This document shows positions 52,398 to 63,670 of a stretch of 63,698 nucleotides of DNA, in pieces. A program made the translations under genes and the position numbers. The stretch's first letter is position 1; the number at the start of each line of letters is the position of its first letter. Source of the stretch: Prasinococcaceae sp. CCMP 1430 (Eukaryota > Plantae > Prasinodermophyta); the NCBI GenBank assembly GCA_013416795.1, contig RQSC01000854.1, forward strand, positions 27,597 to 91,294. Direction: 5' to 3'. The notes under the pieces are model-generated. The model was not told the DNA's origin, searched no databases, and saw only the letters and a list, made by a program, of their open reading frames with translations.

Positions 52398-53753
52398 ATG
52401 GCCGCTGTGCGGGCGAGTGCGCATGCGGGCCCCAGCGCAGGCATCGGCGCCAAGCGTGGGCGGCGTGCGACTGGAGCTAGGCGCGTGGCACGCACAGCTT
52501 GGCCGCCTGGCTCAGCGCCGGAGTCCGAGGAGGCATCTTCGTCGGCGCAGTTGAAGATGCCGGAGTTTGAGAAGCTGGAGACTCTGCGCGGCACTCCGCT
52601 GGGCTTCATCGAGCGCATCGTGGTGGACGAGGCGCCGCATTCGCGCGAGGAGCTGCTCCAGGTCGCCCGGGAGGGGCGTGCTACTGTGCTTGCCTCGTGC
52701 GTAGCTTACGAGGCGCTTACCGCCGCGGGGCTTGTCAAGCACTACGCGAGGGGAAATGGCGGTCAGGGGGCGGTCTCAACCGCCAGTGACCCGCAGGCAC
52801 CACCGCCTCAACGCGAAGACACTGCCGACGAATCCAAGGCCCGCGCGCCGCGCCGCACGGACACGACGCCAAACGAGCGCTTTGTGCCGGACACAGCGCG
52901 CGTACCGCCGGTGGAAGCCAAGCCGCGTCGCCGCAAGATGAAGTTATCCGTGCCAAATGGGGACGCGGGCAAGACAGTTCTCTTCCCTACCCAGGATCGC
53001 GCCGAGCCTGTCGAAGAACAGGTGGAGGAGGAGACTAAAGCTGCAGATGTCGATGAACCAGCAGTGGAGGCAGAGAGTACGGAAGCTTTGGCAGAGGCGC
53101 CCGAGTCCTCGCCGGATGACGCCGACACCATTGTCCTCGAGCCCGAGCTTTTCGAAGCTGCGACTGCGACTGCGCCGAAGGCAGAGCCTGAGCAGCGCAC
53201 CAAGTCCGAAGCAGAGGCTGCGCAAGAGGTGGCGCAAGAGGCGGCACCCGTGACAAAACAACCCGAGGAAAAGCCAGAGGAGGCTCAGCTAGCGGCGCCG
53301 CTCGTTGCTTCCGGCAGCGAAGGGAAATCCGATCGAGTTGCCGTCAAGACCGTTGGTAGCGTCGCAGCAAAGTCTCTCGGGGTCAAGGCGCTCCTCGCGG
53401 CGGCCGCCCTTGGCGGCACGTATGCCCTTGGGCTCAGGGCAGGCCCGCTCCTCGGCGGGACACCAAAGCGCGAGCTGCTTGCCGCTCGCGCTGCTGCTGC
53501 TGCGCCTTCCAAGGCGGGCAAGGTCACCAAGAAGTCCAGCAAGGCTTCAAAGAAAACTCAGGCAAGAGAGAAGAGAGGGGCTGCCGCACCGACCGCGACG
53601 ACAGGTTGGTGGGGCTGGGGCGGGAGCGAGGAAATCGCCACCCCAGCCAAGGCCGAAAAGACAAGCAGGAAATCGAGGAAGGCCAGGAACGACAAGACTG
53701 CCGCAGATGAGACCACCAGCAGGGGATGGTGGTCGTGGGGCAAACGTGAGTGA
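52398..53753 (+). CDS. Hypothetical protein, possibly plastid-targeted, with acidic linker and one hydrophobic helix
   Basis: Transit-peptide-like Ala/Arg N-terminus; ALLAAAALGGTYALGL; two GWWxWG motifs near the C-terminus. Confidence 0.6.
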   Translation: MAAVRASAHAGPSAGIGAKRGRRATGARRVARTAWPPGSAPESEEASSSAQLKMPEFEKLETLRGTPLGFIERIVVDEAPHSREELLQVAREGRATVLASCVAYEALTAAGLVKHYARGNGGQGAVSTASDPQAPPPQREDTADESKARAPRRTDTTPNERFVPDTARVPPVEAKPRRRKMKLSVPNGDAGKTVLFPTQDRAEPVEEQVEEETKAADVDEPAVEAESTEALAEAPESSPDDADTIVLEPELFEAATATAPKAEPEQRTKSEAEAAQEVAQEAAPVTKQPEEKPEEAQLAAPLVASGSEGKSDRVAVKTVGSVAAKSLGVKALLAAAALGGTYALGLRAGPLLGGTPKRELLAARAAAAAPSKAGKVTKKSSKASKKTQAREKRGAAAPTATTGWWGWGGSEEIATPAKAEKTSRKSRKARNDKTAADETTSRGWWSWGKRE

Positions 53754-54008
53754 GTAGGCACACTCGACCGTGGCGAGGGCACCGAACAACGATCGGCATG
53801 AATCGAATTAGTGTTTTCTTACGCGATCCTACTTCACGCGTGTGAGCCCTCACCCCCTGGGCAATTGCCCGAGTGTGCCCGAGTGTGAGCGCGGGCGCAT
53901 GCGCTGCGCCCGTACCACGAAATGCCATCGTCCCAGCGAGCCCCCCCCCCCCCCCCTCTCTCTCGCGCACGCGCACGTGTGCCAGAGGATTGGGGAGGGC
54001 TTGCGCGC

Positions 54009-54856
54009 CTAGTACTTGAGCCCTTCCCAAACGGGCTCTGGCAAACCGAGGAAATGCTGAGCAAACTCAACGAGCTCAGGCACGACCCGCGCGCTCAGTC
54101 GTGGGAACGCGTACGTCGCCAACACGAGGCGCGCGGGTTCGCACGATCGGCTTGCCACACGGCAGACTGCGAAGCCAACCGAGTCCTCCGATCGCTCCGT
54201 CGTCGTGCGACCGTACACACATGGCGGATGCCAGCGATGGACCTCGTAGCGCTGACCTTCGAGCACCACACCGCTCGACATGGCCGCGTCGCGGTCCTCA
54301 AATACTGCCGCTGTCGCGCGCAGCTCGTCGCGCGTCACGCTGCCCGTGCCTTGCCCGCCCGTACCAAGCACCTCGCCGCTCGCGTCGAAGACGATCACGC
54401 GCTCGCAGCCGTCGAACAGCGCATTAAGCGCGTCGCCCACGGCCTCTGGCAGAGGGGGAGAGAGCGAAGGAAGCGTGCGTGCGAGCGTGCGTACGTGCGA
54501 GCGAGCGAGCGAGTGCGCGCGTGCGGGCCATTCAGCCCAAGGTCAGTGTATGCGCACAGGCCATTCAAACCTGCCGACAGCCTTACCACACAAATCCGCG
54601 CGCGCGCGCGCGCGCAAGCAAGCAAGCAAGAGAGAGAGAGGATCGCCGCTGTTTGCGCACGCGCCCTTCATCGTCGCGACTAGCCCGAGAGAAGCGCACG
54701 CTAGCACGTACCCTGCTCTCTCGCATTGTCATCCGCCGTGACGTCGGTGCCGCCCGGCGCTGCATCGGCGCTGCTGCTCGCGCTTGCTGAGAGCAGCGCC
54801 CCAACCAGTTTCGCCGACACGTCCACTGAGTGCGGGCCGCCCGGCCACCCTGCCAT
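54009..54856 (-). CDS. Divergent profilin-like protein. Exons 54856-54712 and 54445-54009
   Basis: VIVFDASG, DEL.....F.D......GVVLEGQRYEV, VYGR, GFAV, LVLATY follow the profilin topology; in-frame GT-AG intron. Confidence 0.65.
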
Positions 54857-55871
54857 CGCCGCCACGCACTCCCACCTCCCACTGTGCTGCCTCGCCTCTC
54901 CCCTCTTCCGCAGCGCACGCGTGCGAGCGCACAGCTGGCTCGCCACGCTGGTCCGGCTCGCCAGGTGCCCTGCGCGCCAGCGCGCAGCAGGCACTCCCTC
55001 CCCCCCCTCCCCCGCCCCCCCTTCCACCCTCTCCCTCCTTCCCCCATTCCCACTCAAACGGGCCGTGAAGAAAGAACATACTTGCACTCCTGAGCGCCAA
55101 GCACTTCTAGCGATGGTGAATAGTATCAACTCCTACTCATTCTGAGCCCGCCGCCCGACGGCGACGCGCGCTTCGACGCGCGGCCGCTCCGCCACTGACC
55201 CGATCGCCCCCTCCCCGCCTCTCATCCCCCCTTGCGCGCGCGCCTCCGCGCGCGGCCGACGCGTGCTGCGGATGCCGCAGGCGCCGATGGCGGGCGCGGC
55301 GGAAGTCCGCGCGGCCGGACGGCCTCGGCCTCGGCGGGGCTGCTGCGCCGCCGCCGGGGTGCCCTTGAGCGCTCCCGCGCCCGCGCGCGCTCGGGGAACA
55401 CGATGGATTCCACCCTTATTTCGGAATCCAAAATGGATGAAAGGGTATTCAACCATCAAACTCTGTTTATATTGGATTCCATATTTCGCGAAAGTCTCAC
55501 AACCCCGGGAGCGCTCCAAAAACGCGCGGCGCGAATTTTTGGTGGTTCGGGCGATGTATGCGTATCCCGGATGCAATAGCGTGGAAATCACGGGATATTC
55601 ACGTGAAAAGTGCAGCTAAATTTGCCTCCGTTTTTTGGGCGCTCTGAGCTGGCGGCGGCGGCTGGCGTCGCGGCGGCTGGGTGCGGCGCGCCACACAACG
55701 CGAAGCGCGCTTGCCGGCGCAGCACGGCGCCCCGCGGCCGGCGGCCCAGACCTCGCGCGCTTGGTCCCCCCCCGAGACGACTGGCTCAGCTTGTCCTCGC
55801 CCTCGCCCCTCGCCGCGTGCGCGCCAAGAGCGCCAGCGCGCAGACGCCGCGGCCGAGCGTTGAGCGCCGCG

Positions 55872-56880
55872 ATGGCGTCCAACCCGAACAAGCGCAGCCG
55901 CGCGGCAATGGCCGCCGGCGATGCGCCTGTGGCCGCAGGGCCGATCCTCGACGAGGCTGAGTTCACCCAGATGAACGAGGAAATGAAGGTGAGCACCCGC
56001 GACCGAGCCTGCCAGCTCATCTGCCGCAGGAAGGGGGGATGCGAGCGACGGAGGGAACACGCGACGATGGGTTGAGCGCATGCGCTCGTGGCAACGGTGA
56101 CATGCCGCATGCTGACAGACTGGCGCTCGCCTCGGTATTGTGGCTATCGTGTAGGCGTACGACCTGAAGCGTGAACACATCATCAAATCGACGCGTGATG
56201 TGCTTAAGAATTCCAAACAAGCGATCTTCGCGCTGCACCGAGGCGACCGCACCAAGGCAGCCACTCTGCTAGACGACGCAAAGGCGAAGGCGCTCGCGCT
56301 GCTGCCCACCGTCTCTGAAGAGCGCTCGCTGCGGCACGGCAGCTTTGCCGGCGCCGCCGAGGAGTACGCCGAGGCGCGCGCGTACCAGTACTACCTCGAG
56401 CACGGCAAGCTCATCACAATGCGCGAGCTCGAATTCGTCGACAGGGACGAGTATCTGGTACGGGCACCGTTGGCACGCTGAGTCGCATGCGGACGCGTGG
56501 GCGCGCTGCAGTGCGCAATACGCGCTGATATGTCCCTCAAGCGACCTCCTGCTGCTGACACAAGCGCTTGCGCGTGAGTGCAGGGCGGCGTGATCGACCT
56601 CACGGGTGAGCTGATGCGTTATGCGGTGTCGCGCGCGACGGAGCGCGACGTGGAGGGTGTCAGGCGCTGCGCTGAGCTGGTGGACTCGCTGCAGGGGCAG
56701 CTCATCCAGTTCGAGTTCCGCAACGGTGCGCTGCGCAAGAAGTACGACTCCATCAAATACAACATGAAGAAGCTGGAGACGGTGCTCTACGAGCTCTCCC
56801 TCGTGAACGCAGGCAAGATCACTGCACCCAGCGGCGAGCTCGACAAGGAGCCGCCCGCCGCCGCCGCGGACGACCAGTGA
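55872..56880 (+). CDS. Translin/TRAX (C3PO) family protein. Exons 55872-55988, 56155-56457, 56584-56880
   Basis: D.KRE.IIK.TRD...SKQAIF.LHR, EEYAEA, EYL|GGVIDLTGELMRYAV, LRKKYDSIKY..KKLE..LYELSL. Confidence 0.92.
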
Positions 56881-57029
56881 TCCGGGGTCGACAGCTGGTC
56901 AGCAGCGCCGCAAAATAATGAAGATGACGCGGCATTCGATGGAATCACTACTGCTGCGTGCTGCAAGCCTCCGAGATTGATAGTATTGGAATGGCGGCGA
57001 TGTTTGTGTGAGTGAGCGTGTAGGACGCC

Positions 57030-59439
57030 TCAGGCGACCCTAGCCGCCTGCACGTCAAAGAAAACACGCGTTGGTGTGTGGCCAGCCACGAGTGTGAGCG
57101 CCTGCCCCGCGCACACGCGCACGGGTTCGTCGAGAAATTGCAGAGCCTCACTCCACTGCGCAATGGGTGCGCAAATGTGTCAGCAGGGTGTAAGGCGCGC
57201 AATGAGCGACGGCTCTTCGCGAGCTCGTTGAGAAGGGTGTGCTTCGGATGGGCGCGCCCACACCACTCCGCCAAAATCCTCGCGCACGCACCGTGCACTC
57301 GCCGTCCGCGGGCGCGCTCGTGAACGCGTGATCCCCCTTGCTCAGTCCAGCCGCAGCAACTGCGACGCCCTTGGGCAGCATGTCCAGCGTGAAGTGGAAC
57401 ACAACCGCGTTTGCAACGCCATCACGGCTCGCCACGAGCGGCACGGACACCCGTCTGGAATACTCGGCGCTCGAGGGATCGTCCTTCCCTCCGCCAGCGC
57501 CGTCGAGTGGCGCGTTGAAGTCGAAGTCAAGACATGATTTGGGCGCGCTCAGCGAGATGAACTCAATCCGCGGCGTGCGGATGGACACGTACCCGGCGGC
57601 CGTCTTCGGGCGCAGGGCGTCATACGCGTTCACGTCGAGGGAAGACTCGACGCGGCCCTCAATGGCGAACGCGGCGCTCGGTGCCGGCAGAGGGGCTGCC
57701 TGCTGCGGGATGTGGACCAGCCTGGCCACCACGCTGGCCCTAGCCGGGATGACCATTGCGTCAGGAGCGCAAAGCGTGCGGCGAGCATGTGCGACGGTTG
57801 GGATCACGTGCTCTCCGAGCAGGCCATCGTCAAGCACTTCAGACACAAGAATGTCGCAGCCTCCACCCCCCCTGAAGCCGAGAGCATCACTCGACGTGAG
57901 CTTCGTCGAGTGAGACTCGACAACGTCGATTCTATCGGTGAGCGCGTTGGCGTTGATGACCTCCCTTGCTGCTGCAGCGATGGCAGAGACGACCTCCACG
58001 CAACACACCTCTGAGGCGCCGTGACGAGCGGCCATCATGCCGAGCAGGCCTGAGCCAGCGCCTATGTCCAGCACCCGACACTGAGCAGCGGCGCCTCCCT
58101 CGACGCCGGCGCGAGCCTGGCGGCGCGCGTGCATCGCGGCGATTGCGGCCGCGAGCGCGCGCTCGTAGACATCATTTCTGACGCCATCATTGACCATCCC
58201 GAAGTGCCAGCGCGACACGCTCGCAGACGGCGCAGAGTTGCCGCCCTTGTCATCGCCGCCGCCTTCGGCGCCGTTGCCCAGGGTCAGTGCTGCCATCGCA
58301 GCACCATCATTGCGACGCGCATCCGCACTGCCTGTGCTCGCCGACACAGCGTATGTGTTTGCGGCGACGTCAAAACGCGCGAGCAGCTCGAAGTCCTCAC
58401 CAGCACACAAGTCGATGGCGCCTGCCAGGTGGGCGATGACACATCGGCGTGACTCGTCGAAGCTGACGAAGTCCCCCTCGGCCAACGCAACCTCCGTCCA
58501 CAGCGCCACGGCGTTGCAGCGGCCACCGGAGCTGGCGCGTACGGACGCCCTCAGAGGCGGAGCAGGCCGCCCTTCCCCTCCCTCCAGTGTCGCGTCGTCG
58601 CAGTTCTTGCACGGGATCGCAGCAGGCCCATCGCACGCGGCGCGCACTCGGACGAGCTCGATTGCATCAGCGAGCCTGGCGTGCTTCACATCGCGCAACC
58701 TCTCCCTATCGCTGCACGGTGTTGGCCGCAGCGTGTTGAACGGCGTCAAGTCGAAGCCTGAGACCGTGCCGAGCGGCGAGCGCACGGGCTGCACCTGCGA
58801 GGGGGGAAGCTCGACCGGGAGTGCCATGAGACGTGCCGCATGCGGAACGTATGCCGTAGCATCGCCCGTCGCCACGAGGTTCTTGTTGCGCAGTGCGGAG
58901 AGCTGCTCCAGCGCTGAGCGCAGACCGATCGCGTCTTCGAGCGCGGGCGCAGCCACAAGCGCTGCCCTAGGCGCCGCGCTGGTCGCATCGCCGCCCGACG
59001 GCGCAGCTCTCACTCTATCAGACGATGGCTCGGTGGCGGCAACGTGAAGCGCGGCCGCGACGCCGTTGTGTCGCGCTGCACGCTGCAGCGCGGCGGCCAC
59101 CGGACGCATCGGTTCATACGCTCGCGCTCGCCCGCCCGTTTGTTCGCTGATTGCCCTCGCCAGGAGCAACGGCACAGTTGGCAGCTCACCCGCGCCCGGC
59201 AGCGCGACAGCGAACGCGCCCCCGGCGGCGAGTGCCCGTCGCAGCGCCGCGTCCCACGCGGCGCGGCGGCGCATGTCGTGCAGCAGCGCGAATTGCCACT
59301 CGTCGGGCCGAACGAGCGAGTCGTACAGCAGGTAGCGCAGCAGCAGCCCGCGCACGCCCATCTTCCTCCGCACGGCGCGCTCGGCATCGCCACTGTCGCT
59401 GTCGCTCCCGCTCCCGCTTGAGCCCGCCGCGGCCGCCAT
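57030..59439 (-). CDS. PRMT7/PRMT9-like protein arginine methyltransferase with tandem domains. Exons 59439-57292 and 57155-57030
   Basis: RWHFGMVNDGVRNDVY, VLDIGAGSGLLGMMAA, DILVSEVLDDGLLGE (double-E loop); splice gives ECT|WSEALQFLDEP (THW-loop region). Confidence 0.88.
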
Positions 59440-59701
59440 GGCGCGCACCCCGCGCCAGCGCCCAGCGCCAGCGCGCCGCTCACGCTGTGGCGCGCCGCGC
59501 CGCGCGATCGGCCGCGCAGCAGCATTTGTGAATGTTACATGTTGCGTATTGGCATTTTCGGCGCGTGCGGACTACCAGTGTTGGGCGGCTGTTCACGGCA
59601 GCGCGGCACACTGCCAGCCCGCAACATCCGGCTCTACCCGCGCCAACACGCCCGCCCGCCCGCCCGCCCGCCCGCCCGCCTGACAGGGCGCGTCCACGAA
59701 G

Positions 59702-60375
59702 ATGTCCTCGTCGCTCGCTCGCATTTCGTCCGTCGCGCCGGCGGCCGCCGGCGGCGCGGGCGGGGGGGCCATCCCGGTCTCGCAGGAGGTGCGTCGCGCG
59801 CGGGTGGGGGATGTGGGCGGCTCGCCTGGCCTCGCCGCGCGGCACGTATCTCCGACTGGGGCAGTCCGACCTCCGTTGCATGTGTCTAGTAGGGCGGCGC
59901 GGCCTTGCGAGCGCCGCATCGCCGCGCAGGCGGCCCCTCACAGCGCGCCGTGCCGCGCTGACCGTCCACCTGTGCGTGCCGTGTGCGCAACGCACGTGTG
60001 TGCTGCTGTGTGCAGGCAATGTTGCGCGCGCAGCGTCGCTTCCAGGAGGAGAACCCCGAGGCCGCCGCGAAGCTCGAGAGAAACGCGAAATTCGCGTACG
60101 CGTGCTGCTTGTGCACGCTGTGCCTCAGCTGCATTCCGCTGTGCTGCTGCACCCCCGAGGCCGACAAACGGCGCCTCATCGAGCTTGCCCAGGAGGAGCA
60201 GCGGAAACTCAACACCCCCAGCCGCGAGGGCGGCGGCGCCGCCGCCGCACCCAGGCAGGAGGCGCAGATGTCCAAGGGGCAAAAGGAGAGAGAGCTCGAG
60301 CTGAAAGAGAAGGAGCTGCAACTGAAGGAGAAAGAGCTCGAGCTGCGAGAGAAGGAGGCCGCGCTGAACGGGTGA
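59702..60375 (+). CDS. Small protein with Cys-rich hydrophobic segment and coiled coil. Exons 59702-59788 and 60016-60375
   Basis: ACCLCTLCLSCIPLCCC and ELELKEKEL repeats; in-frame GT-AG intron with GCTGAC. Confidence 0.7.
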
Positions 60376-60415
60376 AAGAAGAACGCCAGCCGAGGTGGTG
60401 GTATCGGCCGACAGT

Positions 60416-60500
60416 GTTCTCACGCGCATCAGTGCTGCCACGGTGCCACCGACAGCGCGAGCGTTCTCACGCGCATCAGTGCTGCCACGGTGCCACCGAC
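60416..60500. repeat. Perfect 38-bp direct repeat (60416-60453, 60463-60500)
   Basis: GTTCTCACGCGCATCAGTGCTGCCACGGTGCCACCGAC occurs twice, separated by 9 bp. Confidence 0.9.
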
Positions 60501-60728
60501 GGCGTGAGTGTCTGCACTCGCTGCAGTGGTTGCCGCAGCGATGGCCCGGCGGCCTGCGCGGCGCCCATGTGATGATGTGACCCATCACGCGGAACCTAGA
60601 CTATACCTAAAATCAAGGTTTCGAACCTAACCCTAACCCATGTTTTCAAATGTGCAGTTGGGACGCGCGCGCTCCCCACAGCGCGCGCGCGGCCCGTGCG
60701 CGGCGTGGGGCGGTGGTGGGAGGGGGCG

Positions 60729-63022
60729 ATGGCGTCGGCGTCGCCGATGCTGCAGCCGCGCGAGCACGCGGCGCTGGGCGCCGACTCGCCGCCGTGGCGG
60801 CGGCCGCCGCCCCAGCATGGGCGGGGGCCCAGGCCGCCGCCGTGCTGGGCGTCTCCCGCGCGGCGCTGCTCGTGATCGCCGCGCTCATCGGTGCCATCAT
60901 GGCTGCCTCCATGCGCGCGGGGGGTAGCAAACACGTCGTGGGCGCCGCCGGCCTCGAGAAGCTCACGGACAAGCAGCGCAAGCTGGTAGGGCTCGCCGCA
61001 CACAAGGGCACAGCAACAGCTGCCCGAGGCGCGGGCGCCGCCGGTGACGCCAAGCATCGGCGACGACGGGACAGCAAGGTGTGCTTTCCGACGCGCGTGT
61101 GTGAGCGTGTCTGCTGTGTGGTGTGAGGCTGCTTCAGTGGATGTGGGAGGTCGCGCTCGCGCTGACCGCTCTGCTTCTCTTCGCCATGCCCTCGCCGCGT
61201 GTGGGCGTCTGCGCAGGCTGCCGCGGCAGGGCCGGCGTCGCCGCCGCTCAGCCCGCCGCTTTCCCCGCGCTCGCCGCGCGAGCGCCATGGGGCGCGCACT
61301 CCGACGCCCGCGCGTGGTAGCTCGCAGACCCCCGTCATCCTCAAGTCGACGGTGAGTCCGTACGGCGCTCTTGATGCCGCGAGCCCGAGTCTGCTGCGCG
61401 GCAGCAGCGTCGAGGCAATGTTCTCCCCAGGGTCGCCCGCGGGCGCGGGTGTCGCGCTGAGCGGTGCTGCCGGCGGCAGTCCCTCGGCAGATGCCATCGT
61501 CAACGCAATGCAGCGCGACGCGCGCGGGATGCGCCTCGCGCAGAGCTTTGGCTGGCCAACGCAACACGGCTCGGGCGCGGGCGCGTCCGTCGGAACGCCT
61601 TACGTCGCAGGCATGACCGCGGGTGCTGCAGTCGCCGGCGGCGCGGACATGTACCCTCAGTACCAGCCAAGCCCACCACCCTCGACGCCGCCGCCAGCAC
61701 GAACCGAGGGCAAGGCCCCAACGCCGGAGTCGACCGCGGCGGACCTTCGCAGGCTCAACATCGAGGCGCAGTCGCTCGAAATGTGGCAGAGCCGGCTGCG
61801 CGAGTGGGTGGCGGAGGAGGTCCTCGCACCCCTCGCGCAGCGGCTGCGCGTTGCGGACCTGCGCTGGCGGCTGTGCGCCGAGGAGGCCGCGAAGGTGGCG
61901 GGCGACGCGAGGCTGAGCGGCGCAGCGGCGGCGGTGAGCGGTGGCGCGCGCCCTGATCTGGCGCGCGCGTCCGAGGACAACGCGCGGGCCCGCGCGCTGT
62001 GGGACGAGCTCACGCGCGCTGGGATGGCGCTCGACGCAGCCGTGCTCAACGACGAGAAGCAGAAGGCACAGGCATCGGCTGCACCCTCGCCGCCTGGCCT
62101 GTTCGGAAACACGTTGTTCGGGGGCGGCGGCGGTGCCGCCGCGTTCGGGCCAAGCGCGGCTGCGCAGGGGCAAGTTGCGGCGCGCGCGCATGCCAAGGCC
62201 GTCGTCGCGGAGGCTCGTCGCGCGCTGCTCGAGCGGCGCGCGCTGGCTGCGTTCGTGCGTGGCGATTGGCCGCGCGGGCTCCTTCCGGCAAGTGCAACAG
62301 TCGTGTACGTTACTGCGCGCTATGAGGCCCTCGCGCGAGGCCACTGCGCGGCGGCGTTCAACGCCGATGGTGGCGCCGAGGTCGCTGGCGGCGGCGGCCT
62401 CGATAGTGCCGCTCTTCGTTGGAACGCCGAACAGCCCACCGACTCGGCGCTGGTGCTCCACGCCGTCGCTGGCTGGGCTGCGTCGCGCGGCTGGGAATTC
62501 CCGCTAGGAGATGCGTTCGAGGCCGCCCAAGGGGCTGGCAGCGCGGCCGGCAGTGCTCTGGGCGGTGCACTTGGCGGCGGCGCTCTGGGCGGCGCCGGTG
62601 GACCGCAGAGTGGGGTTGCTGGGCTGCCGCCGCAGATCATGGCGGAGCTGGCCGCTGTGGTGTGGGCGCGCTTCGCACCGCACCCTGTGGGCGGATCGGG
62701 CGCATTCTATGCGGGCACGCTGCCTAACGCTCTGCAGGCGCAGTCGAAGCCTACTGAGCGCTACACGGCGCTGCTGGCCAAGGCGCCACCGCGGGGCCAC
62801 GACGCAACTGCGCTCGTCGCGCACCGGCTGGGGGACGCGCGCAAGGCGTACTACGAGGTGCGCGCTGAGAAGGTAGGAACGGTCATCACGCTTGGTGGCC
62901 GTGGCGCTGTCTGGCACGCGCTGGCGCTGTTCGTGCGCTTCGTGGTGGCCGCCGACCCGGTCGACGGCGGTCTCGGTGCTCTCTCGCTCAAGACGACGGG
63001 CGTGGCACGCATATTCGAGTGA
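60729..63022 (+). CDS. TMEM209/PNET1-like nuclear-envelope protein. Intron 61079-61216; 5' frame uncertain
   Basis: TM segment followed by LTDKQRKLVGL, an SP/TP-rich linker, WQSRLREWVAEEVLAPL and PTDSALVLH. Confidence 0.75.
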
Positions 63023-63153
63023 TGCGGCCTAGGCTGTAATGCACCTTGGTGCCTTCGTCCGCACGTATGCGCCACCTGGCAAGCGCCGCGCTTCGCAAGC
63101 ACTCGCGCGCACAGGCTGTGTGCGGCTGTCTGCCATCGCGGCCCCCCAATCTG

Positions 63154-63670
63154 TTACTTCTTGTCGGCGTCAGCGTACGCCGTATACTTGTCGCTCTTGC
63201 CGTAGCACTTGTCCGCCGGATATTTCGCGCGATTCTTGGCCAGCTTGTCCTCGACCGCGCTCGCGAGGTCGATTCCGCAGAGGTCTGCGAGGCGAATAGT
63301 GTACCTGTGGGAGCGCGCAGCGGAGTGGGGGGCGCGCATCGCGCCCGTGAGTTTAGTCCGGGTGCAGCGACTGTGTCAGTGCACGTCCCACCACAAGGAA
63401 TGGGCATGGCCTGGCACGCACGCATGCGAGGACGCACACGAGGACGTCGGCGAGCTCCTCGCCGACGTGAACTTTTTCGCTGTCGCTGAATTGGGGCAGG
63501 CCGACCTCGGCGCCCTCATCACCCTTCCACTGGAAGCACTCCGCGAGCTCCCCGATCTCACCCACGAGCGCCAGCATGATCGAGCGCGGCCGGTGGAACT
63601 TGGCCCAGCCTCGCTCGGTCGCGAACGCGGCGATGGCCTCGCGCACGCGCTGCTGGGAGACGTCCTGCAC
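63154..63670 (-). CDS. DCTPP1: dCTP pyrophosphatase 1 (MazG-like), 5' partial. Exons 63670-63438 and 63304-63154
   Basis: FATERGWAKFHRPR..LALVGEIGELAECFQW, GEELADVLV|YTIRLAD.CGIDL...K...N..KYP. Confidence 0.92.

Noticed and set aside
60416-60500. CRISPR-like repeat-spacer-repeat
   Set aside because: Only two copies, a 9-bp spacer, no cas genes and a eukaryotic context.
8785-63437. Introner elements, transposons, tRNA or rRNA genes
   Set aside because: By eye, introns share only short splice signals, and I saw no transposase, LTR/TIR or structural RNA; a computational scan could still find something.
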